A stretch of 64,000 nucleotides of DNA. It comes from Ostrea edulis. Its lineage: Eukaryota. The translations under genes were made by a program, and so were the position numbers. Positions within the stretch are counted from its first letter, which is position 1; each line of letters starts with the position of its first letter. Under the pieces are notes generated by a model. That model did no database searches, had not been told where the DNA came from, and saw nothing but the letters and a program-made list of their open reading frames with translations. Positions 22,301 to 33,812 of the stretch are shown piece by piece. The stretch lies in NCBI RefSeq assembly GCF_947568905.1, contig NC_079166.1, forward strand, positions 37,944,001 through 38,008,000, read 5' to 3'.

Positions 22301-25300
22301 CTAGGTAACTAATATTACCTAGTCATTTAGTGACCTGGTACGGGATGACACCAGATCACTAAGTCTTATACCGGGCGAGGAGTAGCCGAACCCGGTATAG
22401 AACTTAGTGACCTAGTATCATCCCGTACCAGGTCACTAAATGACTAGGTAACAAATTTAACCCACCGATGACCAATTTTGATAATATGCATGAGGCTATT
22501 GTATACCAGAACTACAGAAAACACCATACCATAAATATTCCTTGTTCAAAGACGACTGTATTTAAACGAGCTTTTGTGGTCAGACAAAATCATACCATAA
22601 TTTTTCACTGCATTGCACATGTTGCATGGAGAACTGGGTTTGATTCCAGGCTATTGAGAGGAAATACAATCCTATAACCTAGCCAATTCATTTATGTGCT
22701 TCATGTCGCAGCCTTGATGAAGGAAGAATATAAGAACAGTAACAGATATAAATATAACATCATTAAACAAGTATCACAGTCTATTCAAATTGATATGAAC
22801 GTGATGAACACAGAACTGGCAAAACATGGCACAAATCACTACAATGTTCAGTTATTATTTTGATATGTTTATGCTGACGTTGATTGTACCTACTGTGTAT
22901 CCGTGGAAAGCTGGCATAATTTGCCTGGTCTGGACACTCGAAATCTGGTTTCTGTTTGAGATTGTAGAGTATGATCACAGTTAAAGTCACCAAAGAGATC
23001 TGAAATGTTGATTCCCTGCAATTCGGCAACCGCTTCATGATCACCATGTTCCTGAGGTAATGTCACCAGGCTACTGTCTCCAACAGATTCGAGTGGAGGT
23101 AGAGCAAGTGTTGCAGTGCTCGGTAAAGCAGCGACAGCTTTCAAACTCTGCGGTGCAAGACTCTGCCCCATTGCCTGTACCGTGGCGATTTTTTTCCTCG
23201 GTATCGAATCGTTGGTAGACTGTTAGAGACTGCACAGATTTTTGTCCAGTCACTGCCATTATTTGTGATGGACTAAACAAACATTTGGTCAAAATTGTAG
23301 CACCAGTGGCCCTGACTGAATGGTTGGTATAGATTTGTGACATATTTGTGTCCTGGTTTAGTTTTGAAATGAATGATGCTAGTTTTTTCTCACCCAATCG
23401 CACGTTACAGTACCAAGTTTCATCATCAGCGTCAAACGAATCCCTTGGTCTTTGCCATAAACTTGAGCAACTGGGATGGAGTTTGCCAATATACTTCTCA
23501 AAAGATCTTATCGGACAGAATCGAGATCCCGGGGATTCTGACATCACACCGGGGGTGGTTTCCCTGTCGTTACCTCTATGGATTTTAGTTAATTCGTCTG
23601 TACATTTCGCCACATATTTCAGTCCTGATTTTGGTTCCTGCAAGACCTCAAACGTTGATTTTGACATAATATGCATGTTCGTTACAGATCTCCGGCACAA
23701 GTATAGCCTTACATCAAATTGAACTTTATTCAAAAGTTCGTACGGGGTTTGGGGATTCATTTGCTTCGACTCGTACAGATTTTGACGGTCACTCTCGTTA
23801 ATAACAGGATGATGTTGTACACTCCATTTCCCTATCCGTTTTAGCTCAGCCAGAGCAGCCTTGAATGACACATTTGCATCGCGAAATTCGTCATCTTTTA
23901 TTATGTCAAATTTCCTATTATATGGGGGTCCCGCAAGTACCTGTTGATCGCATGACTCATGTTTTCAAACGTTGTGGCCTTGTAAAATTTTCCATCCCGT
24001 TTTCGTGCATTCATGTAGAAATGGCAAAGCACTTTGTTCAAGCGAACGGCATCAAATTCTTATTTGATTTTGATTGAGTTCTCCTAAGTAGGCCTTTAAC
24101 AAACGAGCTGTCTTCTGATTGCTTCGAATAGTTTCTTTGGAGTTAATCTGTAATTTCTTTTTTTTTTCAGTCTCGTCTGCTACCAAACTTGCAAACCGTT
24201 TGGCCGCCATTGTTGTTGACAAATGCAACAAGACAGATAACTCTCAAGGAAGTCTGGTATAAATTTTGACGGTGATAGAATATCCCACGTCTTCATGTGA
24301 CCGTAATGAGCCAATCACTATTCAGGATCCCCCATCTAACTTGTCAGAGGTGGGGTAAATTGTTATACTGAGTCTCATTATAGCAAAAAGAACGAGTGAA
24401 ATCCGATTGTGTGTGTGGCACGAGCTACGCGAGGGGCTCAAAGTAAGCGTTAATGCATCTTTATTTAGATCAACCACTACCTCAATTGTATTTTGACGTC
24501 CAAGCATAGAGCATGACGTCACACTTCTATCGTCTTGTTCCAGCTATCAAGTTCGCAATCTCAGATCAACGAGATCCGACTACGCGATGCCAAACAGGAC
24601 GGTCGTTAGGGTTATAGGAGTGCTATTTCAACGCTGAACTTTCAGTGGACATATGTGTAGGCTTTACCCCCCATTATTCTTTGTCCTGAACGTTAGAGCT
24701 CACTGTACTCGCTACGAATTTAAGCTCTGATTTTCAATATTATATGACATCTATATACGATATACAGAATTAGAGCTTGGCAATTCCTTTCATAAAACAT
24801 TTTGAGCAATTTACACCGAAATAAATAATGAGAAACATGTACAAAAATGACATTTACGATCATTTTTCGAAACTATATATATGACAAAGCACAGAAAATT
24901 TCACTTTATTTAGATACCCACTTCCGCCCCTACTCAGGATTGAACTCACGACCTGTGGAACCAAATCTTCTAGCGGCATGTAACCATGATGTCGACATTG
25001 AAAGCAAGTTTTATAGACTTGTCTAAATGGTCGCGCTGTCTACTCTGATAGGCAAAGTTCAATGAAATAGCCAAAATAATCTTGAATCATATTATCAAGG
25101 ATTCTTTAGAATTAAGAACTGTGGTAAGCATAATTGTATGGTAAACACAGTTCTTCATGCGCGAAATCTTAGAAATGCAAGGATTTTGGAGTTTGAGAAG
25201 AGAATTAAAACCTCGATATCGGTAAAAAAAAAAAGATCATGTTTTAACATAAACCATGCATCTTACTTTAAATCTTCAACAATATGGTACTTCAGAATCT

Positions 25301-26783
25301 CGCTTCTCGAGCTGATAAAAAACCTCTAAATGGGTATGTCTATACCACAACAAATAATTACAGCTGACTCCTGCATCCTTTCCGTGACTACAGTTATGAT
25401 TCCCAATTCCACCATGACTGCAGTTCATTATGTCATCCTCAATACCGACACAGTTTACATTGTCGAGCCATATTTGGCCATTGCCCTTTCCAAAATACGC
25501 AGAGGACCTGTGTACAGCATTCGAGCTACAAACGAATAATTTTTAGATATATTTATTCAAAAGACTTAGTCTTCATGTACTATTCTAGTGGTTTTCTGTA
25601 TGCAAACGGGTGCCCTAGACAATACTCAGTATCGTAAGGAATTGATTTAACCTTGGTAATCTAAGACTACGACAGACAACTCCAGCATCCTCATCGTCCC
25701 ATCCATCATCACAGACAGTCCCCCACTCATTATTTCTGAAGATCTCTACTCGACCCTCTGTTTTATCACGTCCATTAACCAACCTTATCGGAAAACCTAA
25801 AGCGACAACAGAACATCATTAAATATTACAGATATATCGTTACTTTTTTTATATCAAGAGCTGTTTGTTATTAACTGCATAATATTTTTTTTTTAGAATG
25901 TATGACAGTTTAATTTTACTAATGAATTGATACAACGAGGGAACAAATTTTAAACATAATACTGACTGACTGACTGCTAACCTTATCACTACAAATTCAG
26001 AAAGTGTGAAAATATTGGTATCACAGTCATGAAATAATTTTGGATATTGATTGGAATATCTTGGAGAATAACCCATGAGGTCGACCTAAGGGATAACTCA
26101 TTAACAATCCCGAAACAAAGTAATAATGTCTATTCTACATGCACTATGATTATGGTGGAGGTTCATCATGTCAGGTAACAAAATCTTTTTGGACCCCATT
26201 GACGCAGGGCATTTGTTTTCAACAAGGGGTTGATTGGAGACTCAATAGAAAGAGAATCATGAAATAATTGAAATTAATAAAACAAAATACAATAATAAAA
26301 AAGTAGCACAATCTTTGCTCACTCTTTAAATTGTGTTGAAATAATTGATTAATTTCAACAAATTATCTCGATCTCAGGGCTTATTCTCCAAAAAACTCTT
26401 CAACCGAGTGTGTTTTGCTACGAATACTAGAGTTAAAGACCAATATATAGATATGATATTTGACCTTCATTCAATCGATAACAATTTGATTTAGATTCAT
26501 TAACACATGTAGCTGCACTTACAACTGACTCCAGCGTCGTTCTCATGTCCACATACGTCACCAAGGTTTATAGTGCTGTTTAAACTGCATGTCATGATAT
26601 CACTTTCTGTGCCGTTACACGTCAAGTTGCTGAGAAATATAGGTCCATTACCTCGACCAAAATATCCCCCTCCGAATGCTGCAGCGTAATAACTACCGGG
26701 GGATACAATTTAGCGAAATTACAGATGTTGCGCTGTACTTTTTTCAAATAACTACAATTTTACGGATCATTGTGAAAAGTGAT

Positions 26784-26836
<53 letters not shown>

Positions 26837-29800
26837 GCATGTGCGTTTAAATAAAATGAATATAAATTTAAATTTGGTGTAATAAAATGATTACGAATAA
26901 ATAAATATCATCTTACATACGTATGCTCTTTTCATTTCCCAAACATGAACATTTTAAAGCTGAACTTATACAACATACTCTTCGAATCCCAAGATCCGAC
27001 AAACAACTTGAGCGTCGATATCATCCCAACCTTCATCACACACTGTTCCCCATTGGTTTCCAACGTATACCTCAACACGCCCCTCAGTTTCCGATCGCCC
27101 ACCTGTCAACTGAACAGGGGGATCTATAAAGGAAATCACGGTATTTACAAAATATCCACACTGTATAAATAAATGTTACGGAAAATTTCAAATGAGTGTG
27201 AAGCAAAATAATAAAGTAGCGAACATTTGCTGAGTTAATATCAATTTTCAGTTATGATACGACATGATTACTACACCAATATACACGTACAGTTTATACA
27301 TATAACACCAGCAGTCTGGCTGGACGGACATGAGCTTGGTGTACTATGGGGACAATCACGGATGCTAAGCTCTGAACCATGACACAATACATTCTCCATT
27401 ACCATAGGTCTCATATAAATTCCGTAGTGCCCAAACACCTTTGGTTTTCTGCGAAATTTGTTAAAAGCAAAACTAACAAATCATATTTACATGTACATGT
27501 ATTATTCATTTTATTCCCAAGAAAACGTATACTTGATATTTTTATTCCATCATATTTTACCCGTAAGGAAAACCCATCATTTTACAAACAACACTGGCGT
27601 CTTCTGTGTTCCAGTTATCGTTACAAATAGTGCCCCACTGTCCATTTTTGTAGATTTCGACACGACCTTCCATCCAAGATGCACCATTTACAAGACGAAC
27701 ACCATCTGAAAAACAATAACACCATGACCTTAACAAAACAACCCCAATGGACGTTTATTTACTATCGTATTGAGCGTTTTCTATTGAACAATTGTATATA
27801 TGTATGCTACAAAAGTACTTCAATGTACGTAGTTATAGTTAATCGAAGTTGTATAATTCTGACAAAAGTATGGTATAGTTTTAAAGATTTTGCCCCGATA
27901 CATATTTTTTTTTATAAATGAGTCTAGTAATTTCTAAAGAATGACGTTTCATTGGACGGCATTTACCTTTACTGATGCTCACATCCCATTGGCTATCTAA
28001 CTCTTCGTAAAAAACAGGATGGCCAGTTTCATTTAAATTCTGTGAACTATTTCGAAATTCTCCTCTGTCCTTTATCTTGTAGTCTAATCTACCTACTCGT
28101 CTGAGAACTGTATTAAATTTCGAGTGGATATTATCCAATTCTACAAAATGAAGATAATGGACAGTGATCAAGCTTATAAGAGTAGCTCATTACACTAAAA
28201 TTTTATCTCATGGCTCGTTAAAACACCTCTTATGAAGTATGATTTCACCATCGAAAGAGTGATACAAGCTCTGTATTATTTTATATGATTGTTTGTGATT
28301 TATCCCGGAATAATTTAATTCGTATTGTATCCTTGTTTCTGGTTATTTTTGTATAACCTGGTTTGGTATGGGGACACACCCCCTTGACAACCAGATGCCG
28401 GAACTATTTTTTCTCTATCTCTAAAACATCGTACATGTATCACTGTTTTCAGCCTTCTATGGTCAACGTTTTCAATAAGATACTTCGGTTTGATACACAT
28501 ATTATTTTCTCGTTGTCAATATTAGCATCTACTTGTACACAAATCACTGTTGTAAAACATCTCTCTCTGTATGTTGGTCGAATAATAGATTAAAACAAAG
28601 ATATTATATTCGAAATAATGATTTACCAAGTAAGCATTGCACTGTTCATTTTGAAATACATTTCTCACTGGGGAAAGAGGGGGGATTGATCCGACTTTCA
28701 ACAAAGCAAACAAAAATTCATACGTCACATTTTACCACATGACGTCAGTAACATTGACATGTGGATCACAATTTGTCACTTGCTTATACATATTTTCTTG
28801 TGTTGGATTTACTAGGCCTATTAGCGACAACGTTGCATCCAAGGGTAAGTTTTCATGTAATAGAAATTTTCACAGAGTTAAAAGCTGCAAATTATTGCAT
28901 TTTCTGATATTTGAAGACTTGTTTTGGGTAGGCCTAAACAATGCAATTTTCCGTATTTTTTCAGTCTGTCGGAGATGAGCGACTTCAAAGTCGATCTCTA
29001 TCTCTAAAGGGCAGCGAAATACGCATTGCATGCATAGTCTACACATATTTTCTATCTTGACAAACTTCACCTTCGATACAATATTTTGATAAATAGACTA
29101 GGCTCCGTAGAACTAAGATTAAAGATGGCGACCTTTACAGCTAGACGCTTCATGTCGTTGTTGCTAAGTGAATCATTACGCGGCTCAGTTGACTTGTACT
29201 TTTCCGAGTTTATGTACATTTTGATAAACGAAGGTTAGCATCTTTGTCTCTTGCATTAAATTATAAGGAATGACTTTAATTCTGGGTTAAGTTATACGAG
29301 TATAACCTGGTTTGGGTCAGTTTACGCTTTTTTATAATCCACTTCGCGGATTATAAAGCGTAAACTGACCCAAACCAGGTTATATTCGTATAACTTGCTT
29401 CAGAATTAAAGTCATTCCTTAAATGATAAACAAAGGTGCTTTTTTGCAAACAAGATACTCTAGAGTCCAAATTTCGCTCTGATTTGATGCATAATATGCA
29501 AATCTAAGAATACTTGCCTGAACGACTCAGATAGACGTTCTAATCTTTTAAATGATTTGTTAATTAAAATAGAAAACGTTATTTGCTAATATTTTTGAAA
29601 TCTGCGGATAAAACGCTTTTATAAAATGTGTCAATTAGAAAAAAGATTTAGTAGAGAAATACATTTTAAACAGAAATTGAAATGAAATGGTCAAAATTCA
29701 GAATTATTACGATTTTTAAAATTTGAACCAAGCCAGATCTGAATTATCAAAAAGTAGTCATAGATAACATTGTAATTAGAAAAATTAGAAAAATACATTC

Positions 29801-32800
29801 TCTTGATGTAAAATGGTTTACAGATTAATTGAATTTATAAAGGAAACTAAAATCTTAATGAAAAGTGCATGCTATTAGCAATAATATGATTATTTTAATA
29901 ATTTCTATCAATTTATATATATCTGAATTTTTTTAATTTCTTTTCAATTTTTTTTAAAAATATATTTCTTAGATATATCACTTTTCCAACTGACATGTTT
30001 GTTTGAAGATTTTATCCATAGATTTTAAAAATATTTAAAAATAACGTTTTCAATTTTCATGAATGTTTTTTCTAAAAAAAAAAAAAAATTTAGAACGTTT
30101 ATATCTGAGTTTTTTATTAGGTATTAATGTCATGCACGAAACCACAGCAAAATTTGGACTCTACAATATCTTATTTGCAAACAAAACGCCTTTTTTATCA
30201 TTCCGGGGGAAATCGCAAAAAAGTCATATAAAATAATTGAGAGCTTGTATAACTTTTTTGATGGTGAAATCATAATCACATGAGGTGTTTGAACGAGCCA
30301 TTGAATAAAATTTTGGTGTAATGAGCTACCTTAAGAATACAAAATCAAGAGTTGGGCAAACACGGACCCTGGACACACCAGAGGTGGGATCAGGTGTCTA
30401 GGAGTAGCAAGCTTCCCCTGTGTACCGGTCACATCCGTCATGATCCCTGTATTTTGATCCGGTAAAACTAGCAATCCGTTTTCAAAATTAGTTTGTAAAA
30501 ATGACCTAACAATCGGCATAAAACACAACTCACAGCATTCGACCGAATGACATATTGTATTTGTAAATTAGATCGTTATAGCGACCATTTAATTTGCGAA
30601 ATGCTGACTTAAAGTGTGAACGTTAAAATACATTTATCATAAACTTATTTTTCAGTAGCCTGTCTTGATTTAAATACTGATCATACGCAGAACATGCTCT
30701 TGTGTATCAATCAGATGAGAGACATAAACACCATATGCAGGTGATAATGGAATATTGCTACACTGTACATAGATATGGAAAGTTGACGATGCAGAAGCTG
30801 AAGTTATCCCGTTGGTCATGAAGTTGATATGTTGGTTCCTCGTTAACATATATGTTCAATAAAATACACAAGTATGAAACAGATGTGAAAGAATATATGA
30901 TGTCCTTTATTTCGAGTTCACTTGAATGTATGGAATCGACATATGAATGAAAACGATTATTGTTAATAGGTAAAACGTCGTCGATGTATTTCTTAATGTT
31001 GATTGAAGGCCATAGCAAGAGATTGTGCTCTTCTCATTTAGAAACTAACTAAATTTTTCCTCGCAAGAATATAAATACAGGTCAGCTAATGGAGGAGAAC
31101 ACCTCTTGAACATGGAAATGCCATATGACTGTTGGAAGACTTGATCAACAAAACTAAGTTGATGTTATCAATAAGGAACAAGAGCATCTTTTTATGTCAA
31201 CGTCAGAGTATTTGTATTTAGAATCAGCGGTGTATTTAACAATGACGAATCATAAGATATGAATATTCTGTGTTCCATCTTATTTTTAAAAAAGCAGTTA
31301 TGTATGGTGACAACACCCTAGTCTTTGATTTGATTGATAGCGATGAATTCTCGTGTAAAGTGTGCAAAGATTACACGTTTTGTTGTTTGTGACTTGAGGG
31401 AGAAAGCTGAAAATAAGGAAAGTGTTTCCCGTAGTGTTGGTGGACAAAAAATGTTAGTTTTACGGACTGGATTATCCTTCATGAAATATTAATGTGAAAT
31501 ACACCATAGAGAATGTCTCCAGCTCTTCTCCCAATACTAAAAACAACATCATAAGACAATACTGCTTTCTCACAAGCAAAAACATAAGCTGCGACAAAAG
31601 CTGATTTCACAGTACTACATTCTCTTAAGTTAATATGTGGTTATTTCTAAATATCATTACCTATAAAAGTGAACAAACGAAGCAATTCTGAAGTAACAAA
31701 AATGGTCATTATTTTTCTTTCCATGAAACGGATTCAAATGGCTATCCATGATATACGTGCGTTAATTGTATTATTCTATTTCAATCATTAAATGTTCATA
31801 TTATGCAAATAACAAGATTATCAAATATGAATCAAGATTTATCGCAAATAAATCAAAATTTTATATATAGATATTGAGATCAGCGAGTATAAATCAAACG
31901 ATTTACTTATAGATATGAAGATTATCCTAAATAAATCAAGATTTTCGCATATGAATCAAGATTTGTATAATATTGCAACGTTTTACACACTATACGTTCA
32001 TTAAAAATATGTTATGTTCGCTAATACCATATTTTATATAAATATCATTTAATATTCATTGACGAAATGAATTATGTGGCGATTTTGATAGGTTGAAAAA
32101 TTCATTTTATTTCTGCATGAAACAAAAACTGATTGTGACATCACGTTGTGCATTGATAGGCATGGAGCGTTCAGATAACAACGTTGATTTCAAAGTGTTT
32201 TTAATTAGCATTTCTTCTTAAAACTACAATGGGGTATATTAAAGCAAGATGGGGTTCCGTTAAAAGGTTAGAAAATATGCTTAAAATTAGTCGCGTGGTG
32301 TTTTTTTTTTCAAATCCACCGGAAGATGTTGTTCGGATAGGTTTCTCTAAATACGTAATGTTGATGTTGAAAATGTATGAAGAGAGAGTTAGTTTAATAG
32401 TTATCGATTTTATTTTTAAGTACCAGGGAAATTGGAACAGATTTATTGTTCCTCTTCAATTACTTTCACGAGTTACGTTCAAAAAATAGATAATCACAAG
32501 ATATTGGAAAAAAGCATAAAACACATATACCTCTGCAACATTCAGCATTAAATAGTAATGTCTGGTTCATTTTTTTAACGCAACTTCGAATAAAATAAGT
32601 ACATGAATTATGAAGAAATACTAAATAGCACATATACCGGATCTCTGTGGAAGTTTTCTATACATATCCTAACGACACACATCCTAGCCGAGCAGTCCAT
32701 GAGACTGATCAACCCAACATATATCCGTGGACAGTCGGTTACAAACCTAATAAGTGATTTATATTCTCAAGGACCATTATCTGATAAGAAGTCAACATAT

Positions 32801-33812
32801 TAACAAGAACTGATAATCATGATATTAAACATAATGCCATTTATTTGATTTCGGTAATAATAAACAAGTATCGGCGGCATTCAATTTGAACAGTTCAATA
32901 TTACATGTATCTACTATTAATTCCGTCAACAAGTTTAACGGTGGTCCAATTTCTTCCAGCTCAAAGGCCGTAAGCGCCGAGAATAGGCCTAAATTTCGCA
33001 GCCCTTAAACGGCAATGGTGACGTCTCCATGTAAGTGAAATATTCACGAGAGGGATGTTAAACAATATACATTCAATAAATCAATAACCAGGTGTTTGAA
33101 TATGTAAATAAGAAGGTATCAGTAAAAATCTAATATCAATGTTATCTAATAAATGACTGTAAAAATCATTAACAAAACTGTACATTTGATTGTAATGTTA
33201 TTTGTATTATCACACGTGGATACTGAAGCGAAATATTTTTGAAAGAAATATGTTTGGCTTACCCTTTTCTTGGTCAGATAAAAAATGCATGTTTGAAGTA
33301 TTCCAGCTGTCCAGTCTTTGGTTCATATCCGTCAAAGATTGTTTTATTTGTCCGATATCTTTCCTCAGGTCTCCATATATGTTTTGCAAATCTGTGATTT
33401 CACCATCGTGTGTTCCAGAATATATTTTCCAGTTCTTCTCCGTATTATTCAAGGTGATCACTTCTTCCTGGATTGCACTTACTTGCTGGCTTAATTTTTC
33501 ATTCTCTTTTTCTAACACAGAGTTTCTTTTATTTGCAGCCGCCTGCTCTTTCGTCAACGTATCCAGTTTACTCATCAATAAATTGTTATTTCTCTTGATT
33601 TCGATGATATCCATCGTAAATATTTGCATTTTTTGAATCATTGAAAACCGCAGTAGGCTTTCTTGGTTCAATATATCGCTTAGAATTCTCTGATTGTTTC
33701 CCAATGTGCGATTTTGAGGCGAAATACTATTACCTGTCAACAGTGAGTTACCAAGCAACAGGGTTTGTACGCGGAGAAACATGAAGCATTGTAGGAAACG
33801 ATAACCCATCAT
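9074..33812 (-). CDS. Secreted coiled-coil + 8x group-A SRCR protein (DMBT1/scavenger-receptor-like), 18 coding exons, about 1068 aa
   Basis: Exons (minus): 33263-33812, 27967-28140, 27561-27705, 27291-27448, 26979-27123, 26523-26692, 25652-25796, 25362-25525, 20084-20228, 19738-19901, 19320-19464, 16768-16931, 12397-12541, 12131-12294, 11792-11936, 10662-10825, 10224-10371, 9074-9245. All GT-AG and phase-compatible; total 3207 nt ending TGC AGA TGA. Confidence 0.88.
10662..11936 (-). CDS. SRCR domain 7 (exons 11792-11936 and 10662-10825)
   Basis: [30 protein letters not shown] / [25 protein letters not shown]...[13 protein letters not shown]. Confidence 0.88.
10981..11033 (+). ncRNA. Type-I hammerhead ribozyme copy 2 (core intact, stem II mismatch)
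   Basis: TTGAGCATCA CTGAAGA GACA-TTATT-TATC GAAATGAGCATC TGGTGCATCGA; lies in an SRCR-gene intron, antisense to the gene. Confidence 0.65.
12131..12541 (-). CDS. SRCR domain 6 (two exons)
   Basis: [30 protein letters not shown] / [25 protein letters not shown]...[13 protein letters not shown]. Confidence 0.92.
12575..12862 (-). pseudogene. Relic SRCR second-half exon end plus duplicated intron
   Basis: 12841-12862 reads SNDAGVN + GTAATT donor on the minus strand; 12575-12840 aligns with intron 16505-16767. Confidence 0.75.
12863..14470 (+). mobile_element. Decayed L1/Tx1-like LINE 3' portion (interrupted at 13790-13985)
   Basis: IIHKFVWNK...RLEKYGRG (post-RT region) and [17 protein letters not shown] (C-terminal Cys/His region); many stops. 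Confidence 0.5.
13790..13985 (+). mobile_element. 3' end fragment of a Penelope-like element
   Basis: GATATAGGGCTCACGGCGGGTGTGACCGG...GTTATCTTCACCTTTCAT, the same sequence that flanks the RT-bearing fragments at 14478-15720 and 30325-31480. Confidence 0.7.
14478..15720 (-). mobile_element. Penelope-like element fragment with decayed RT
   Basis: Minus strand encodes [14 protein letters not shown] and [12 protein letters not shown] motifs, followed by the conserved 3' end. Confidence 0.75.
16768..19464 (-). CDS. SRCR domain 5 (exons 19320-19464 and 16768-16931)
   Basis: [30 protein letters not shown] / [25 protein letters not shown]...[14 protein letters not shown]. Confidence 0.9.
16974..17212 (+). 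mobile_element. Non-autonomous Helitron/Helentron 5' fragment
   Basis: Starts AACAAGAGGCCCACGGGCCTTAACGGTCACCTGAG, a terminus I recognise from oyster Helitron-N elements (recall, not searched). Confidence 0.55.
17230..19250 (+). mobile_element. Decayed Crypton-like (DUF3504 tyrosine recombinase) element 1
   Basis: Fragments [11 protein letters not shown]...[45 protein letters not shown]...[12 protein letters not shown]; degenerate terminal hairpin 19212-19246. Lies in an SRCR intron. Confidence 0.8.
19738..20228 (-). CDS. SRCR domain 4 (two exons)
   Basis: [30 protein letters not shown] / [25 protein letters not shown]...[13 protein letters not shown]. Confidence 0.92.
20930..21760. repeat. 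About 20-21-bp minisatellite with palindromic core CTCGTTATAACGAG
   Basis: Roughly 35-40 degenerate units of GAGTTA(GT/AT)TATCTCGTTATAAC. Confidence 0.92.
21771..22165 (+). mobile_element. Internally deleted Crypton copy, inverted relative to element 2
   Basis: 21771-21990 is the reverse complement of about 24148-24356 and includes the ORF start; about 22040-22165 is the reverse complement of about 22457-22590. Confidence 0.8.
22171..22452. repeat. Two adjacent about 139-bp foldback hairpins at the Crypton-Crypton junction
   Basis: Units 22171-22309 and 22314-22452, each GTTAC..AGTGACCTGGTACGGGATGA..ATACC-loop-GGTAT..TCATCCCGTACCAGGTCACT..GTAAC. Confidence 0.92.
22457..24356 (-). mobile_element. 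Crypton-like (DUF3504 tyrosine recombinase) element 2
   Basis: Termini ACCC(C)ACC and GGTGGGGT; ORF start MAAKRFASL at 24210; YR motifs in ORF 23071-23871. Confidence 0.85.
22890..24210 (-). pseudogene. DUF3504/Crypton tyrosine recombinase, frameshifted
   Basis: [73 protein letters not shown]. Catalytic His appears as Gln; C-terminus continues in another frame (22890-23171). Confidence 0.85.
25362..25796 (-). CDS. SRCR domain 3 (two exons)
   Basis: [30 protein letters not shown] / [25 protein letters not shown]...[13 protein letters not shown]. Confidence 0.92.
26523..27123 (-). CDS. SRCR domain 2 (two exons)
   Basis: [30 protein letters not shown]...VVCRILG / [25 protein letters not shown]...[12 protein letters not shown]. 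Confidence 0.92.
26787..26834 (+). repeat. (TC)n microsatellite
   Basis: About 24 perfect TC units in an SRCR intron. Confidence 0.97.
27291..27705 (-). CDS. SRCR domain 1 (two exons)
   Basis: [31 protein letters not shown]...VVCKMMG / ...[13 protein letters not shown]...[12 protein letters not shown]. Confidence 0.9.
29264..29421. mobile_element. 158-bp foldback MITE
   Basis: TAAGGAATGACTTTAATTC ... GAATTAAAGTCATTCCTTA; near-complete palindrome with central ATAATCC-ACTTCGC-GGATTAT. Confidence 0.85.
29430..30200. mobile_element. AT-rich long-inverted-repeat MITE-like element
   Basis: TTTGCAAACAAGATACTCTAGAGTCCAAATTT (about 29445) matches the reverse complement near 30150-30180; CTCAGATAGACGTTCTAA matches the reverse complement near 30090-30110. 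Confidence 0.6.
30325..31480 (-). mobile_element. Penelope-like element fragment with decayed RT
   Basis: Minus ORF 30758-31018 [30 protein letters not shown]...[20 protein letters not shown]; FQQSYGISM motif near 31130. Confidence 0.8.
32955..33085 (+). mobile_element. SINE 3' fragment
   Basis: GCTCAAAGGCCGTAAGCGCCGAG...AATGGTGACGTCTCC...GTTAAACAATATAC, same as 45725-45845. Confidence 0.65.
33263..33812 (-). CDS. SRCR gene exon 1: hydrophobic N-terminus plus long coiled coil
   Basis: ORF 33210-33812 [21 protein letters not shown]...[17 protein letters not shown]...heptad-rich; donor AAG G|GTAAGC at 33262. Confidence 0.8.

Noticed and set aside
23348-24077. Plus-strand ORFs 23348-23722, 23373-23588, 23865-24077
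   Set aside because: Antisense shadows of the Crypton recombinase.
21771-24356. Single transposon with 215-bp TIRs
   Set aside because: The left repeat includes the start of the YR ORF and is followed by an inverted copy of the other end. Two inverted copies explain this better than one TIR element.
24915-24975. tRNA-like B box GTTCAATCC on the minus strand
   Set aside because: Only a fragment with no recognisable A box or cloverleaf; probably a SINE relic.
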